Assembly (NCBI GenBank): GCA_002269645.1
Contig: NIVC01002859.1
Coordinates: 70,616-134,615 of the forward strand
DNA: 64,000 bases
Source of the DNA: Macrostomum lignano
Lineage: Eukaryota
Reading direction: 5' to 3'
The notes below the pieces were generated by a model, which worked only from the letters and a program-made list of their open reading frames with translations, was not told where the DNA came from and ran no database searches. Positions within the stretch are counted from its first letter, which is position 1. Each line of letters opens with the position of its first letter. Below, piece by piece: positions 49,239-61,860 of the stretch. The translations under genes were made by a program, and so were the position numbers.

Positions 49239-50552
49239 TTACATTGCATTGCTGATTTGGTCTCGAAGTTGATGGCCTCTCCTTTGTCTTTGCTGTTCCC
49301 GTTGATTGGCGTTGTAATTAACTAGTTCTGGCTCCGGATCATCCCATTCTGCTGCGAGATGCTCAGGAAGATCATCATGAGGATCGTTCTGGGTGCGAGC
49401 GAAATTGTGTAGCTTACAACAGGTCACAATTAATGTTGGTACACGGTCTAGTGGTACGCGTAGGATGCAACCAACGCAGTTGAAACGGCGCTTTAAAATT
49501 CCGAATATCTGCTCGATTCGAACTCTCGTTCGGCTGAGTTCGCGATTGAATATTCTCTGCCGGCCATCTGGGTTTTGATATGGAGTGAGTAGAAAATCGC
49601 AGAGTCGGTATCAAGAATCTCCGACAAGATAGCCCTCCCATTGGGCGTCTAGAAGCGATCCAAAAAGAAAACTGTTGCGAAATATTCTCGAGTCATGGAC
49701 TGAACCAGGCCATTGAGCAGTTATTTCGAGAAAGAAGTATCTCGCATCGCAGACTGCTTGGACTTTAATAGAGTGGTAGTTTTTACGATTAATGAATTCA
49801 TCTGGAAAGTTCTCATTAGATGGCCTTTGAATTCGTACATGCGTACAGTCGATAGCACCGATTACATCTGCCAGTTGACCAATTTGATTAAACCCCGTTG
49901 ACACTCGCTTCCGCTCAACACCTGGCTCTGGATAGCGGATGTTATTCAAGCGGAGATTCAGTATCCTGACCACTCTCCAGTAGCAGCGGGACATGGTGCT
50001 TTGGTCGATACCTCCAAGAGCAAACAGGTTCTGCTGAAAGCTTCCAGTGCCGAGATAAGATAGTGTCAGGCACAGCTGTAGCATGGGAGTCAGGCTTCTG
50101 TTACGCATTGTCGTCCGTTCGAGATCTGTCTCGACAAGCTCCACAAGTGATAGAAGTGATCTAGGTTCGAACCGAAACAGTCTTTTAATTTCAACCTCCG
50201 AGAATTGCTGAAGTGGCTCCAACCGATCACGAAATATGCGTTGTCGATGGAGGTCTCGCTGAACTAAATCTATCGCAACCAAAATATTCATTTCTTTCAA
50301 TCGTCTAAGGGCGAAGGCAATGCAAAATTAGCTATCAAGACAGCTCTAGAGCAGGCTAGGTTTTGTCTAGTCCAGACTAACTAGTCAAAGCTTTTATGCA
50401 TACCAAAGTAAGACTAAACTACCATAGACAGAACTAGGGTTGTTTTGTCTATGCTAGACCGGTCTAAATTTGTGTTTCTGCATACCAAATCCGAGTCCAG
50501 ACTAGCTTTTCAAGACCGGACTACCCTAGACAGAGCTTTCTGCATACGGCTC
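49239..50552 (-). mobile_element. Harbinger element 5' end + full-length 353-codon transposase with one in-frame TGA (ORF 49239-50300; also 54869-55930, 60502-61563)
   Basis: GAIDCTHV, WPGSVHDSRIF, GDS*Y, RIEQIFGILKRRF, CCKLHN all lie in one frame. Putative TIR GAGCCGTATGCAGAAAG ends at 50552. Confidence 0.9.
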
Positions 50553-50597
50553 ATTAACATGCACTGTAGTTTTTTGATCCCATAAAGAGGGAGACAG

Positions 50598-53500
50598 AAG
50601 GTTTAAGAGAGCTGAGTAGAAAGACAGCAGATTTGATTGCTTGCATCTTTCATTTACGCAAACAAAATCGAAATGGCTGACGCAGAGCCAACTACAATGG
50701 CAGAAGTTCTGCCTCCTCTATTTAACTACGGAGCTATGCCGAATGGTGAGATTTCAGGAGTAACATCCGGCGAGTTCGACTTGATTTGCACGTCATTCGA
50801 TCATGCCCAAGGTCATTAGACAGTCGAGATGCAGCGAACCGCTATAGATTCTCCGAGAAAAGCTGCTAGAGGCTTTCGCCATCTTCTTGAGTTTATGAAG
50901 AGCGTCAGTGAGAAAGCAGGCGGCCTTACTAAGGTGTACACCGACCGCTGCATATGGTAGGTAGTTTGACCTGTCCACCATATTCATGTGTCTCTGTGAA
51001 CACATTTGAATCTAGACAAATCAGTTGCCAACTTTTCTTAAACTGCAGAGTAACTAGAGCGTGCCACCTGGATGCCTGTGGCCAGACTATCCAGGAGATC
51101 TTGCTCATCACTGGGCGAAAGTGTGAGCGAACTGTTAAGCGCTACTTATCGAGGCGACGTGATCGCAGTTTGTATAGGGCATCTCTGGCTGTGGATCAGG
51201 CGCTGAATCATACAGTTTCCGAAACTAATGTCAATAAGATCGTTAAGCTAGCTCGTCCAAAATCCAATCACAATAAGCGAGGCTACGATGGAGGAATGTG
51301 CGGATGTTTATCAAGAGCCTATCCAGACCGACGGCGCACTACGTGTGCAGGCTGCTCCGTCAAAGAAGATGAAAGTGACCATTGGCGGCAGTCGCAATCT
51401 GATCGATATTCTTTTTGAGTGACGTTTCTGTGTAGGCCTGGTATTAACTGATTAACATACGATTTCTTTGTTGAACAGTTTTTGATGTTTTTCTAACATA
51501 AAAAAATAAAATTTACCCTTTGTTATTGTTTAAATTGCGTTGCGTGTTAATGTCCAAAATGACATTAACACGCATCCCACGCGCGTGTTATTGTCACCAA
51601 AAGTGCATAGCAATGGTCTATGGCCGATCTTACAGTTGTATCTAAGTGAGAATATAGCTCGATCGGTATTAAAAATACCTATAAAAATACTTTTATAGGT
51701 ACTAAGTATAAATAAAGTGTTAATCTCCGACTTCTTCGATACGTAACACTGGCGACGATTCCGATAGAACCCCTAGAAACAGATGGAGTGACCCGATGGC
51801 TCCAACGCTTCGATGCTACCGTGAAAGTAAAAAAATGGGCGGAGGATTTGCTAAAGTACGCGTTTGGTTTCCTTTTTGGTTTGGTTTGGCGGAACGTTTC
51901 GTGCGGACAATTAAGGAGGCCATCAAAGCAAACGGACTCAGTCAAGCAGTTATCGATCGCTACCTGTTGTTCTATCGAGCATCTGGTGGGAAGAGCAGAG
52001 CATCACCCGCAGAACTGCTGTTCGGCAGAAAGATCCGAGCACCACTGCTCTCCAATAGGCCAACCTGGGTACCCGGCGAGCATCTAATCTACAAAACCGA
52101 CCGACGGGCTCAAGAAGCTTCACTAGTTTGCCCAACGGGTTCAAACATGGCCACTATCAAGGTGGGGCCCGATCTGTACAAGAAGGCCCACCTGGATCAA
52201 CTCCAGAGGCATAGTCCCATGCAAGTCGATAGTGAAGCAGCAGAGATCAACACCGAGGCTGACGCAGACCAAGCCGCCGGGGCGCGAGCGTCGGACAGCA
52301 GTCAGAACGTCAGCAGAAGCTCCTGTGTCATTTCTGAAGACTTACAGCCGCTACCACCACCCCCCGAGGACTGCGGAACACAGCCCTCACAGCAGCATCA
52401 ACAGCTGCTGACGCCTGGTCGGCTGGAACTGACGCCTGAGGAGTTGGGCCCCAGGAGAAGTCGCCGTCTGTGTGGGAAGTCCCGCGTCAACTACAAGGTT
52501 AGAATGTGCAAGTTCATTTTGTAAAAGAAGGGAGGTGTTGCATACTAGCCTTAAGTATAGAGGCAGAGTTTTATTTATTATTATTGCTACGTACGAATAG
52601 CCATGTCGAGCCATAGACTCTAATGAAAAGCTATGGCTACAGGTCGTGAAGCAATCCAAGTCGATGAGCTTGGGGATAATAAAACGAGAAAGATCAGAGC
52701 TGATCATATTTAAGACGAGCCAGACTCGCATACCATCGCTACAATCATCGTGTGTGGCTTCTTCAAGACATAACACTGCGAGATATGCTCTTGCAACCAC
52801 AGAGTCATTCCTTTGCCCGACATGGTGATATCCTCGCTCTGAAGCTGGTTGACAGGCGAAGCTCAGGAACAAAGACTGTCTATCTGTTGGACTCCTCTTC
52901 AACAGCTGCCAGCTCTTTAGTTAGCCGGGTACTACGCGGTGGTGTGGAGCAGCAGCTGCTGAAGCCCAACTCGGTGTTGCAATATAATCAGAACATGGGA
53001 GGTGTGGATCAGATGCAGCCGAGCCTTACATCCGCATGTCGCCGAACACATAAATGGTTCGTAAAGCTGGCGGTGTTTCTGCTACAGCAACTGTTTCGCA
53101 ACTCATGGATTGTGTACCGACATCTAGGTGGATCCATGAGCTTTCTCAACTACACTGAAAGGTGTGTAAAGCACTTGATTGAAAGCAGTGGGAATGGTCG
53201 ATCCAGAGTTAAGCGTCAGGCTCTTCAAGCGACATCCATCACCGGCTGGAAAAGCTACCCGCTACCGCGGCACAAGAACGGCCTACCAAGCGTTGCCGAG
53301 TTTGTTACCAGCGCAGACTGAAAAAGCGGACCGTCTACTTCAGCCAAGGCTGTGACGGTCAGCCTGGGCTTTGCCTGGAGCCGTGTTTCTTTGAGTGGCA
53401 CTCGACTAACTGATTGCTGGCGTTTTGCTGAAACTGTAATCGAACTGCTGCTAACATTCTTTTTATTCACTTACATGCAGCTTCATTTGCCCATGAAGGC

Positions 53501-56227
53501 AACAGAGAGTGCTCGAAGCGATGCAGGCAAAATAACTCAGTACTGTGGATATTGTTGACCTGACAAGCCAAATCGGACAAGTAAAGGACTTCGTTGCAGG
53601 TCAGGCTTCAGTCGTAAAGTCCGCAGGCAGCCTGTCTACGACCACTTCAAGCGGTGCTTGCGAGTCGCATGCTGAAATCCACCACGGTGACCACAAGCAC
53701 CAAAGCTCGCATCACTATTGTCGCTACTGTGGAAAGACCCACGCCGCTGGAAAATGCTCGGCCTTCCGACAGCGGTGCTGCAAATCTAGCAAGCTCGACC
53801 ATTTCGCTTTCGTATGTCGTTCCACCCGATCAAAGCCCGTGCACAATGTGGAAGGGACATGGTCCGACACCACTGAGAGACCAAGCAACGACAAGAGCAC
53901 CGATATTCTACATCGATGTGGATAACGTGCTGCAAGTACCTGGTAGTCCAAGAGACTTTTTGGCTCACTATCGGTGTCGTGAGACGCTAGCTGTCCGGAT
54001 TGCAGCATGGCATACATGATTTTAGCATTGGCAGAAATCCATTGGCCGACTGTCACAGAGTCTACAGATTTTGGTCTACCGCTCTTGAGATTCTGCTTAG
54101 CTGTCTCACCCTGCGCAAGAAGCTCGTCAACCTGGCCAGGGGCATCAATGAAGTCGCAAATACGGAGCAGCCGCCCGGATGTAACTCTAGCGTTGCTGGG
54201 AGCAAAAATAGCAGCATCAAGTTCACCATCATTGGACCACCTATCAGACTCAGCGCAAGCAGACTGGCTCAAAAATTCTGGTAGCTTACCGCGATTATCT
54301 GGTGCCTTATCCACCGACCGTCGCAGCTCCGCCTCTTCTTTCTGCAGCCTTAGCAGTTCAATGCGCCGTCGGGTGAGCTCGATCTCCTCATCCAGAGCCG
54401 CGCCACCCAAAGAGGTGCCACCCCCTTGGACCGCCGGCTGCTCCCTCCATCGGACGAGCCGTCAGAATCCCTCGGTGGCTCCCTGTGGGAAGTCCTGTTC
54501 GCGGCGTCAGCAGCTAGACGCTCGTTGAGAATCGCGTCGCACAGACGAGTACGTAGGGCAGCCTTGCTACCTTTTGCTGGCAATTTGCGCGCTTGCAATG
54601 CCGTCTTTAGTTGAGGCACGCTCAGATCGGTGACTGATTGCAGCTGACTAGAGGTGGCCATATTGATTGTGGCTAAGAAAAAAAATCTGAGCAAACACGA
54701 ACGCACGGCGAACAAGCGGAGGACCGGACTAAATATGAAATCAAGCTAGCACCCCGCGACCCCCGCCCCCCGCAGCACACGCCACCCCGCATGCACCCGC
54801 CCCAGCCAAGCGAGCCCCTCCCCCGCAGTTTAAACGCCCTTACCACCAACACAGTGGCAAGGGTAACATTACATTGCATTGCTGATTTGGTCTCGAAGTT
54901 GATGGCCTCTCCTTTGTCTTTGCTGTTCCCGTTGATTGGCGTTGTAATTAACTAGTTCTGGCTCCGGATCATCCCATTCTGCTGCGAGATGCTCAGGAAG
55001 ATCATCATGAGGATCGTTCTGGGTGCGAGCGAAATTGTGTAGCTTACAACAGGTCACAATTAATGTTGGTACACGGTCTAGTGGTACGCGTAGGATGCAA
55101 CCAACGCAGTTGAAACGGCGCTTTAAAATTCCGAATATCTGCTCGATTCGAACTCTCGTTCGGCTGAGTTCGCGATTGAATATTCTCTGCCGGCCATCTG
55201 GGTTTTGATATGGAGTGAGTAGAAAATCGCAGAGTCGGTATCAAGAATCTCCGACAAGATAGCCCTCCCATTGGGCGTCTAGAAGCGATCCAAAAAGAAA
55301 ACTGTTGCGAAATATTCTCGAGTCATGGACTGAACCAGGCCATTGAGCAGTTATTTCGAGAAAGAAGTATCTCGCATCGCAGACTGCTTGGACTTTAATA
55401 GAGTGGTAGTTTTTACGATTAATGAATTCATCTGGAAAGTTCTCATTAGATGGCCTTTGAATTCGTACATGCGTACAGTCGATAGCACCGATTACATCTG
55501 CCAGTTGACCAATTTGATTAAACCCCGTTGACACTCGCTTCCGCTCAACACCTGGCTCTGGATAGCGGATGTTATTCAAGCGGAGATTCAGTATCCTGAC
55601 CACTCTCCAGTAGCAGCGGGACATGGTGCTTTGGTCGATACCTCCAAGAGCAAACAGGTTCTGCTGAAAGCTTCCAGTGTCGAGATAAGATAGTGTCAGG
55701 CACAGCTGTAGCATGGGAGTCAGGCTTCTGTTACGCATTGTCGTCCGTTCGAGATCTGTCTCGACAAGCTCCACAAGTGATAGAAGTGATCTAGGTTCGA
55801 ACCGAAACAGTCTTTTAATTTCAACCTCCGAGAATTGCTGAAGTGGCTCCAACCGATCACGAAATATGCGTTGTCGATGGAGGTCTCGCTGAACTAAATC
55901 TATCGCAACCAAAATATTCATTTCTTTCAATCGTCTAAGGGCGAAGGCAATGCAAAATTAGCTATCAAGACAGCTCTAGAGCAGGCTAGGTTTTGTCTAG
56001 TCCAGACTAACTAGTCAAAGCTTTTATGCATACCAAAGTAAGACTAAACTACCATAGACAGAACTAGGGTTGTTTTGTCTATGCTAGACCGGTCTAAATT
56101 TGTGTTTCTGCATACCAAATCCGAGTCCAGACTAGCTTTTCAAGACCGGACTACCCTAGACAGAGCTTTCTGCATACGGCTCATTAACATGCACTGTAGT
56201 TTTTTGATCCCATAAAGAGGGAGACAG
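50598..56227. repeat. 5.63-kb tandem unit, copy 2 (5630 bp)
   Basis: Near-identical to copy 1; 1-bp deletion in a C-run near 54420. Confidence 0.97.
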
Positions 56228-59200
56228 AAGGTTTAAGAGAGCTGAGTAGAAAGACAGCAGATTTGATTGCTTGCATCTTTCATTTACGCAAACAAAATCG
56301 AAATGGCTGACGCAGAGCCAACTACAATGGCAGAAGTTCTGCCTCCTCTATTTAACTACGGAGCTATGCCGAATGGTGAGATTTCAGGAGTAACATCCGG
56401 CGAGTTCGACTTGATTTGCACGTCATTCGATCATGCCCAAGGTCATTAGACAGTCGAGATGCAGCGAACCGCTATAGATTCTCCGAGAAAAGCTGCTAGA
56501 GGCTTTCGCCATCTTCTTGAGTTTATGAAGAGCGTCAGTGAGAAAGCAGGCGGCCTTACTAAGGTGTACACCGACCGCTGCATATGGTAGGTAGTTTGAC
56601 CTGTCCACCATATTCATGTGTCTCTGTGAACACATTTGAATCTAGACAAATCAGTTGCCAACTTTTCTTAAACTGCAGAGTAACTAGAGCGTGCCACCTG
56701 GATGCCTGTGGCCAGACTATCCAGGAGATCTTGCTCATCACTGGGCGAAAGTGTGAGCGAACTGTTAAGCGCTACTTATCGAGGCGACGTGATCGCAGTT
56801 TGTATAGGGCATCTCTGGCTGTGGATCAGGCGCTGAATCATACAGTTTCCGAAACTAATGTCAATAAGATCGTTAAGCTAGCTCGTCCAAAATCCAATCA
56901 CAATAAGCGAGGCTACGATGGAGGAATGTGCGGATGTTTATCAAGAGCCTATCCAGACCGACGGCGCACTACGTGTGCAGGCTGCTCCGTCAAAGAAGAT
57001 GAAAGTGACCATTGGCGGCAGTCGCAATCTGATCGATATTCTTTTTGAGTGACGTTTCTGTGTAGGCCTGGTATTAACTGATTAACATACGATTTCTTTG
57101 TTGAACAGTTTTTGATGTTTTTCTAACATAAAAAAATAAAATTTACCCTTTGTTATTGTTTAAATTGCGTTGCGTGTTAATGTCCAAAATGACATTAACA
57201 CGCATCCCACGCGCGTGTTATTGTCACCAAAAGTGCATAGCAATGGTCTATGGCCGATCTTACAGTTGTATCTAAGTGAGAATATAGCTCGATCGGTATT
57301 AAAAATACCTATAAAAATACTTTTATAGGTACTAAGTATAAATAAAGTGTTAATCTCCGACTTCTTCGATACGTAACACTGGCGACGATTCCGATAGAAC
57401 CCCTAGAAACAGATGGAGTGACCCGATGGCTCCAACGCTTCGATGCTACCGTGAAAGTAAAAAAATGGGCGGAGGATTTGCTAAAGTACGCGTTTGGTTT
57501 CCTTTTTGGTTTGGTTTGGCGGAACGTTTCGTGCGGACAATTAAGGAGGCCATCAAAGCAAACGGACTCAGTCAAGCAGTTATCGATCGCTACCTGTTGT
57601 TCTATCGAGCATCTGGTGGGAAGAGCAGAGCATCACCCGCAGAACTGCTGTTCGGCAGAAAGATCCGAGCACCACTGCTCTCCAATAGGCCAACCTGGGT
57701 ACCCGGCGAGCATCTAATCTACAAAACCGACCGACGGGCTCAAGAAGCTTCACTAGTTTGCCCAACGGGTTCAAACATGGCCACTATCAAGGTGGGGCCC
57801 GATCTGTACAAGAAGGCCCACCTGGATCAACTCCAGAGGCATAGTCCCATGCAAGTCGATAGTGAAGCAGCAGAGATCAACACCGAGGCTGACGCAGACC
57901 AAGCCGCCGGGGCGCGAGCGTCGGACAGCAGTCAGAACGTCAGCAGAAGCTCCTGTGTCATTTCTGAAGACTTACAGCCGCTACCACCACCCCCCGAGGA
58001 CTGCGGAACACAGCCCTCACAGCAGCATCAACAGCTGCTGACGCCTGGTCGGCTGGAACTGACGCCTGAGGAGTTGGGCCCCAGGAGAAGTCGCCGTCTG
58101 TGTGGGAAGTCCCGCGTCAACTACAAGGTTAGAATGTGCAAGTTCATTTTGTAAAAGAAGGGAGGTGTTGCATACTAGCCTTAAGTATAGAGGCAGAGTT
58201 TTATTTATTATTATTGCTACGTACGAATAGCCATGTCGAGCCATAGACTCTAATGAAAAGCTATGGCTACAGGTCGTGAAGCAATCCAAGTCGATGAGCT
58301 TGGGGATAATAAAACGAGAAAGATCAGAGCTGATCATATTTAAGACGAGCCAGACTCGCATACCATCGCTACAATCATCGTGTGTGGCTTCTTCAAGACA
58401 TAACACTGCGAGATATGCTCTTGCAACCACAGAGTCATTCCTTTGCCCGACATGGTGATATCCTCGCTCTGAAGCTGGTTGACAGGCGAAGCTCAGGAAC
58501 AAAGACTGTCTATCTGTTGGACTCCTCTTCAACAGCTGCCAGCTCTTTAGTTAGCCGGGTACTACGCGGTGGTGTGGAGCAGCAGCTGCTGAAGCCCAAC
58601 TCGGTGTTGCAATATAATCAGAACATGGGAGGTGTGGATCAGATGCAGCCGAGCCTTACATCCGCATGTCGCCGAACACATAAATGGTTCGTAAAGCTGG
58701 CGGTGTTTCTGCTACAGCAACTGTTTCGCAACTCATGGATTGTGTACCGACATCTAGGTGGATCCATGAGCTTTCTCAACTACACTGAAAGGTGTGTAAA
58801 GCACTTGATTGAAAGCAGTGGGAATGGTCGATCCAGAGTTAAGCGTCAGGCTCTTCAAGCGACATCCATCACCGGCTGGAAAAGCTACCCGCTACCGCGG
58901 CACAAGAACGGCCTACCAAGCGTTGCCGAGTTTGTTACCAGCGCAGACTGAAAAAGCGGACCGTCTACTTCAGCCAAGGCTGTGACGGTCAGCCTGGGCT
59001 TTGCCTGGAGCCGTGTTTCTTTGAGTGGCACTCGACTAACTGATTGCTGGCGTTTTGCTGAAACTGTAATCGAACTGCTGCTAACATTCTTTTTATTCAC
59101 TTACATGCAGCTTCATTTGCCCATGAAGGCAACAGAGAGTGCTCGAAGCGATGCAGGCAAAATAACTCAGTACTGTGGATATTGTTGACCTGACAAGCCA

Positions 59201-61860
59201 AATCGGACAAGTAAAGGACTTCGTTGCAGGTCAGGCTTCAGTCGTAAAGTCCGCAGGCAGCCTGTCTACGACCACTTCAAGCGGTGCTTGCGAGTCGCAT
59301 GCTGAAATCCACCACGGTGACCACAAGCACCAAAGCTCGCATCACTATTGTCGCTACTGTGGAAAGACCCACGCCGCTGGAAAATGCTCGGCCTTCCGAC
59401 AGCGGTGCTGCAAATCTAGCAAGCTCGACCATTTCGCTTTCGTATGTCGTTCCACCCGATCAAAGCCCGTGCACAATGTGGAAGGGACATGGTCCGACAC
59501 CACTGAGAGACCAAGCAACGACAAGAGCACCGATATTCTACATCGATGTGGATAACGTGCTGCAAGTACCTGGTAGTCCAAGAGACTTTTTGGCTCACTA
59601 TCGGTGTCGTGAGACGCTAGCTGTCCGGATTGCAGCATGGCATACATGATTTTAGCATTGGCAGAAATCCATTGGCCGACTGTCACAGAGTCTACAGATT
59701 TTGGTCTACCGCTCTTGAGATTCTGCTTAGCTGTCTCACCCTGCGCAAGAAGCTCGTCAACCTGGCCAGGGGCATCAATGAAGTCGCAAATACGGAGCAG
59801 CCGCCCGGATGTAACTCTAGCGTTGCTGGGAGCAAAAATAGCAGCATCAAGTTCACCATCATTGGACCACCTATCAGACTCAGCGCAAGCAGACTGGCTC
59901 AAAAATTCTGGTAGCTTACCGCGATTATCTGGTGCCTTATCCACCGACCGTCGCAGCTCCGCCTCTTCTTTCTGCAGCCTTAGCAGTTCAATGCGCCGTC
60001 GGGTGAGCTCGATCTCCTCATCCAGAGCCGCGCCACCCAAAGAGGTGCCACCCCCCTTGGACCGCCGGCTGCTCCCTCCATCGGACGAGCCGTCAGAATC
60101 CCTCGGTGGCTCCCTGTGGGAAGTCCTGTTCGCGGCGTCAGCAGCTAGACGCTCGTTGAGAATCGCGTCGCACAGACGAGTACGTAGGGCAGCCTTGCTA
60201 CCTTTTGCTGGCAATTTGCGCGCTTGCAATGCCGTCTTTAGTTGAGGCACGCTCAGATCGGTGACTGATTGCAGCTGACTAGAGGTGGCCATATTGATTG
60301 TGGCTAAGAAAAAAAATCTGAGCAAACACGAACGCACGGCGAACAAGCGGAGGACCGGACTAAATATGAAATCAAGCTAGCACCCCCGCGACCCCCCGCC
60401 CCCCGCAGCACACGCCACCCCGCATGCACCCGCCCCAGCCAAGCGAGCCCCTCCCCCGCAGTTTAAACGCCCTTACCACCAACACAGTGGCAAGGGTAAC
60501 ATTACATTGCATTGCTGATTTGGTCTCGAAGTTGATGGCCTCTCCTTTGTCTTTGCTGTTCCCGTTGATTGGCGTTGTAATTAACTAGTTCTGGCTCCGG
60601 ATCATCCCATTCTGCTGCGAGATGCTCAGGAAGATCATCATGAGGATCGTTCTGGGTGCGAGCGAAATTGTGTAGCTTACAACAGGTCACAATTAATGTT
60701 GGTACACGGTCTAGTGGTACGCGTAGGATGCAACCAACGCAGTTGAAACGGCGCTTTAAAATTCCGAATATCTGCTCGATTCGAACTCTCGTTCGGCTGA
60801 GTTCGCGATTGAATATTCTCTGCCGGCCATCTGGGTTTTGATATGGAGTGAGTAGAAAATCGCAGAGTCGGTATCAAGAATCTCCGACAAGATAGCCCTC
60901 CCATTGGGCGTCTAGAAGCGATCCAAAAAGAAAACTGTTGCGAAATATTCTCGAGTCATGGACTGAACCAGGCCATTGAGCAGTTATTTCGAGAAAGAAG
61001 TATCTCGCATCGCAGACTGCTTGGACTTTAATAGAGTGGTAGTTTTTACGATTAATGAATTCATCTGGAAAGTTCTCATTAGATGGCCTTTGAATTCGTA
61101 CATGCGTACAGTCGATAGCACCGATTACATCTGCCAGTTGACCAATTTGATTAAACCCCGTTGACACTCGCTTCCGCTCAACACCTGGCTCTGGATAGCG
61201 GATGTTATTCAAGCGGAGATTCAGTATCCTGACCACTCTCCAGTAGCAGCGGGACATGGTGCTTTGGTCGATACCTCCAAGAGCAAACAGGTTCTGCTGA
61301 AAGCTTCCAGTGTCGAGATAAGATAGTGTCAGGCACAGCTGTAGCATGGGAGTCAGGCTTCTGTTACGCATTGTCGTCCGTTCGAGATCTGTCTCGACAA
61401 GCTCCACAAGTGATAGAAGTGATCTAGGTTCGAACCGAAACAGTCTTTTAATTTCAACCTCCGAGAATTGCTGAAGTGGCTCCAACCGATCACGAAATAT
61501 GCGTTGTCGATGGAGGTCTCGCTGAACTAAATCTATCGCAACCAAAATATTCATTTCTTTCAATCGTCTAAGGGCGAAGGCAATGCAAAATTAGCTATCA
61601 AGACAGCTCTAGAGCAGGCTAGGTTTTGTCTAGTCCAGACTAACTAGTCAAAGCTTTTATGCATACCAAAGTAAGACTAAACTACCATAGACAGAACTAG
61701 GGTTGTTTTGTCTATGCTAGACCGGTCTAAATTTGTGTTTCTGCATACCAAATCCGAGTCCAGACTAGCTTTTCAAGACCGGACTACCCTAGACAGAGCT
61801 TTCTGCATACGGCTCATTAACATGCACTGTAGTTTTTTGATCCCATAAAGAGGGAGACAG
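56228..61860. repeat. 5.63-kb tandem unit, copy 3 (5633 bp)
   Basis: Near-identical; extra Cs in C-runs near 60385-60400. Confidence 0.97.

Larger units (their letters stand above)
44967..50597. repeat. 5.63-kb tandem unit, copy 1 (5631 bp)
   Basis: Unit start AAGGTTTAAGAGAGCTGAG recurs at 44967, 50598, 56228 and 61861; the ORF track repeats with these offsets. Confidence 0.97.

Noticed and set aside
44967-50597. Unit as a canonical Helitron, or as an SL RNA/5S/snRNA/histone repeat
   Set aside because: The boundaries lack 5'-TC/CTRR-3', and I recognised no such RNA or histone sequence by eye; an Rfam scan would be decisive.
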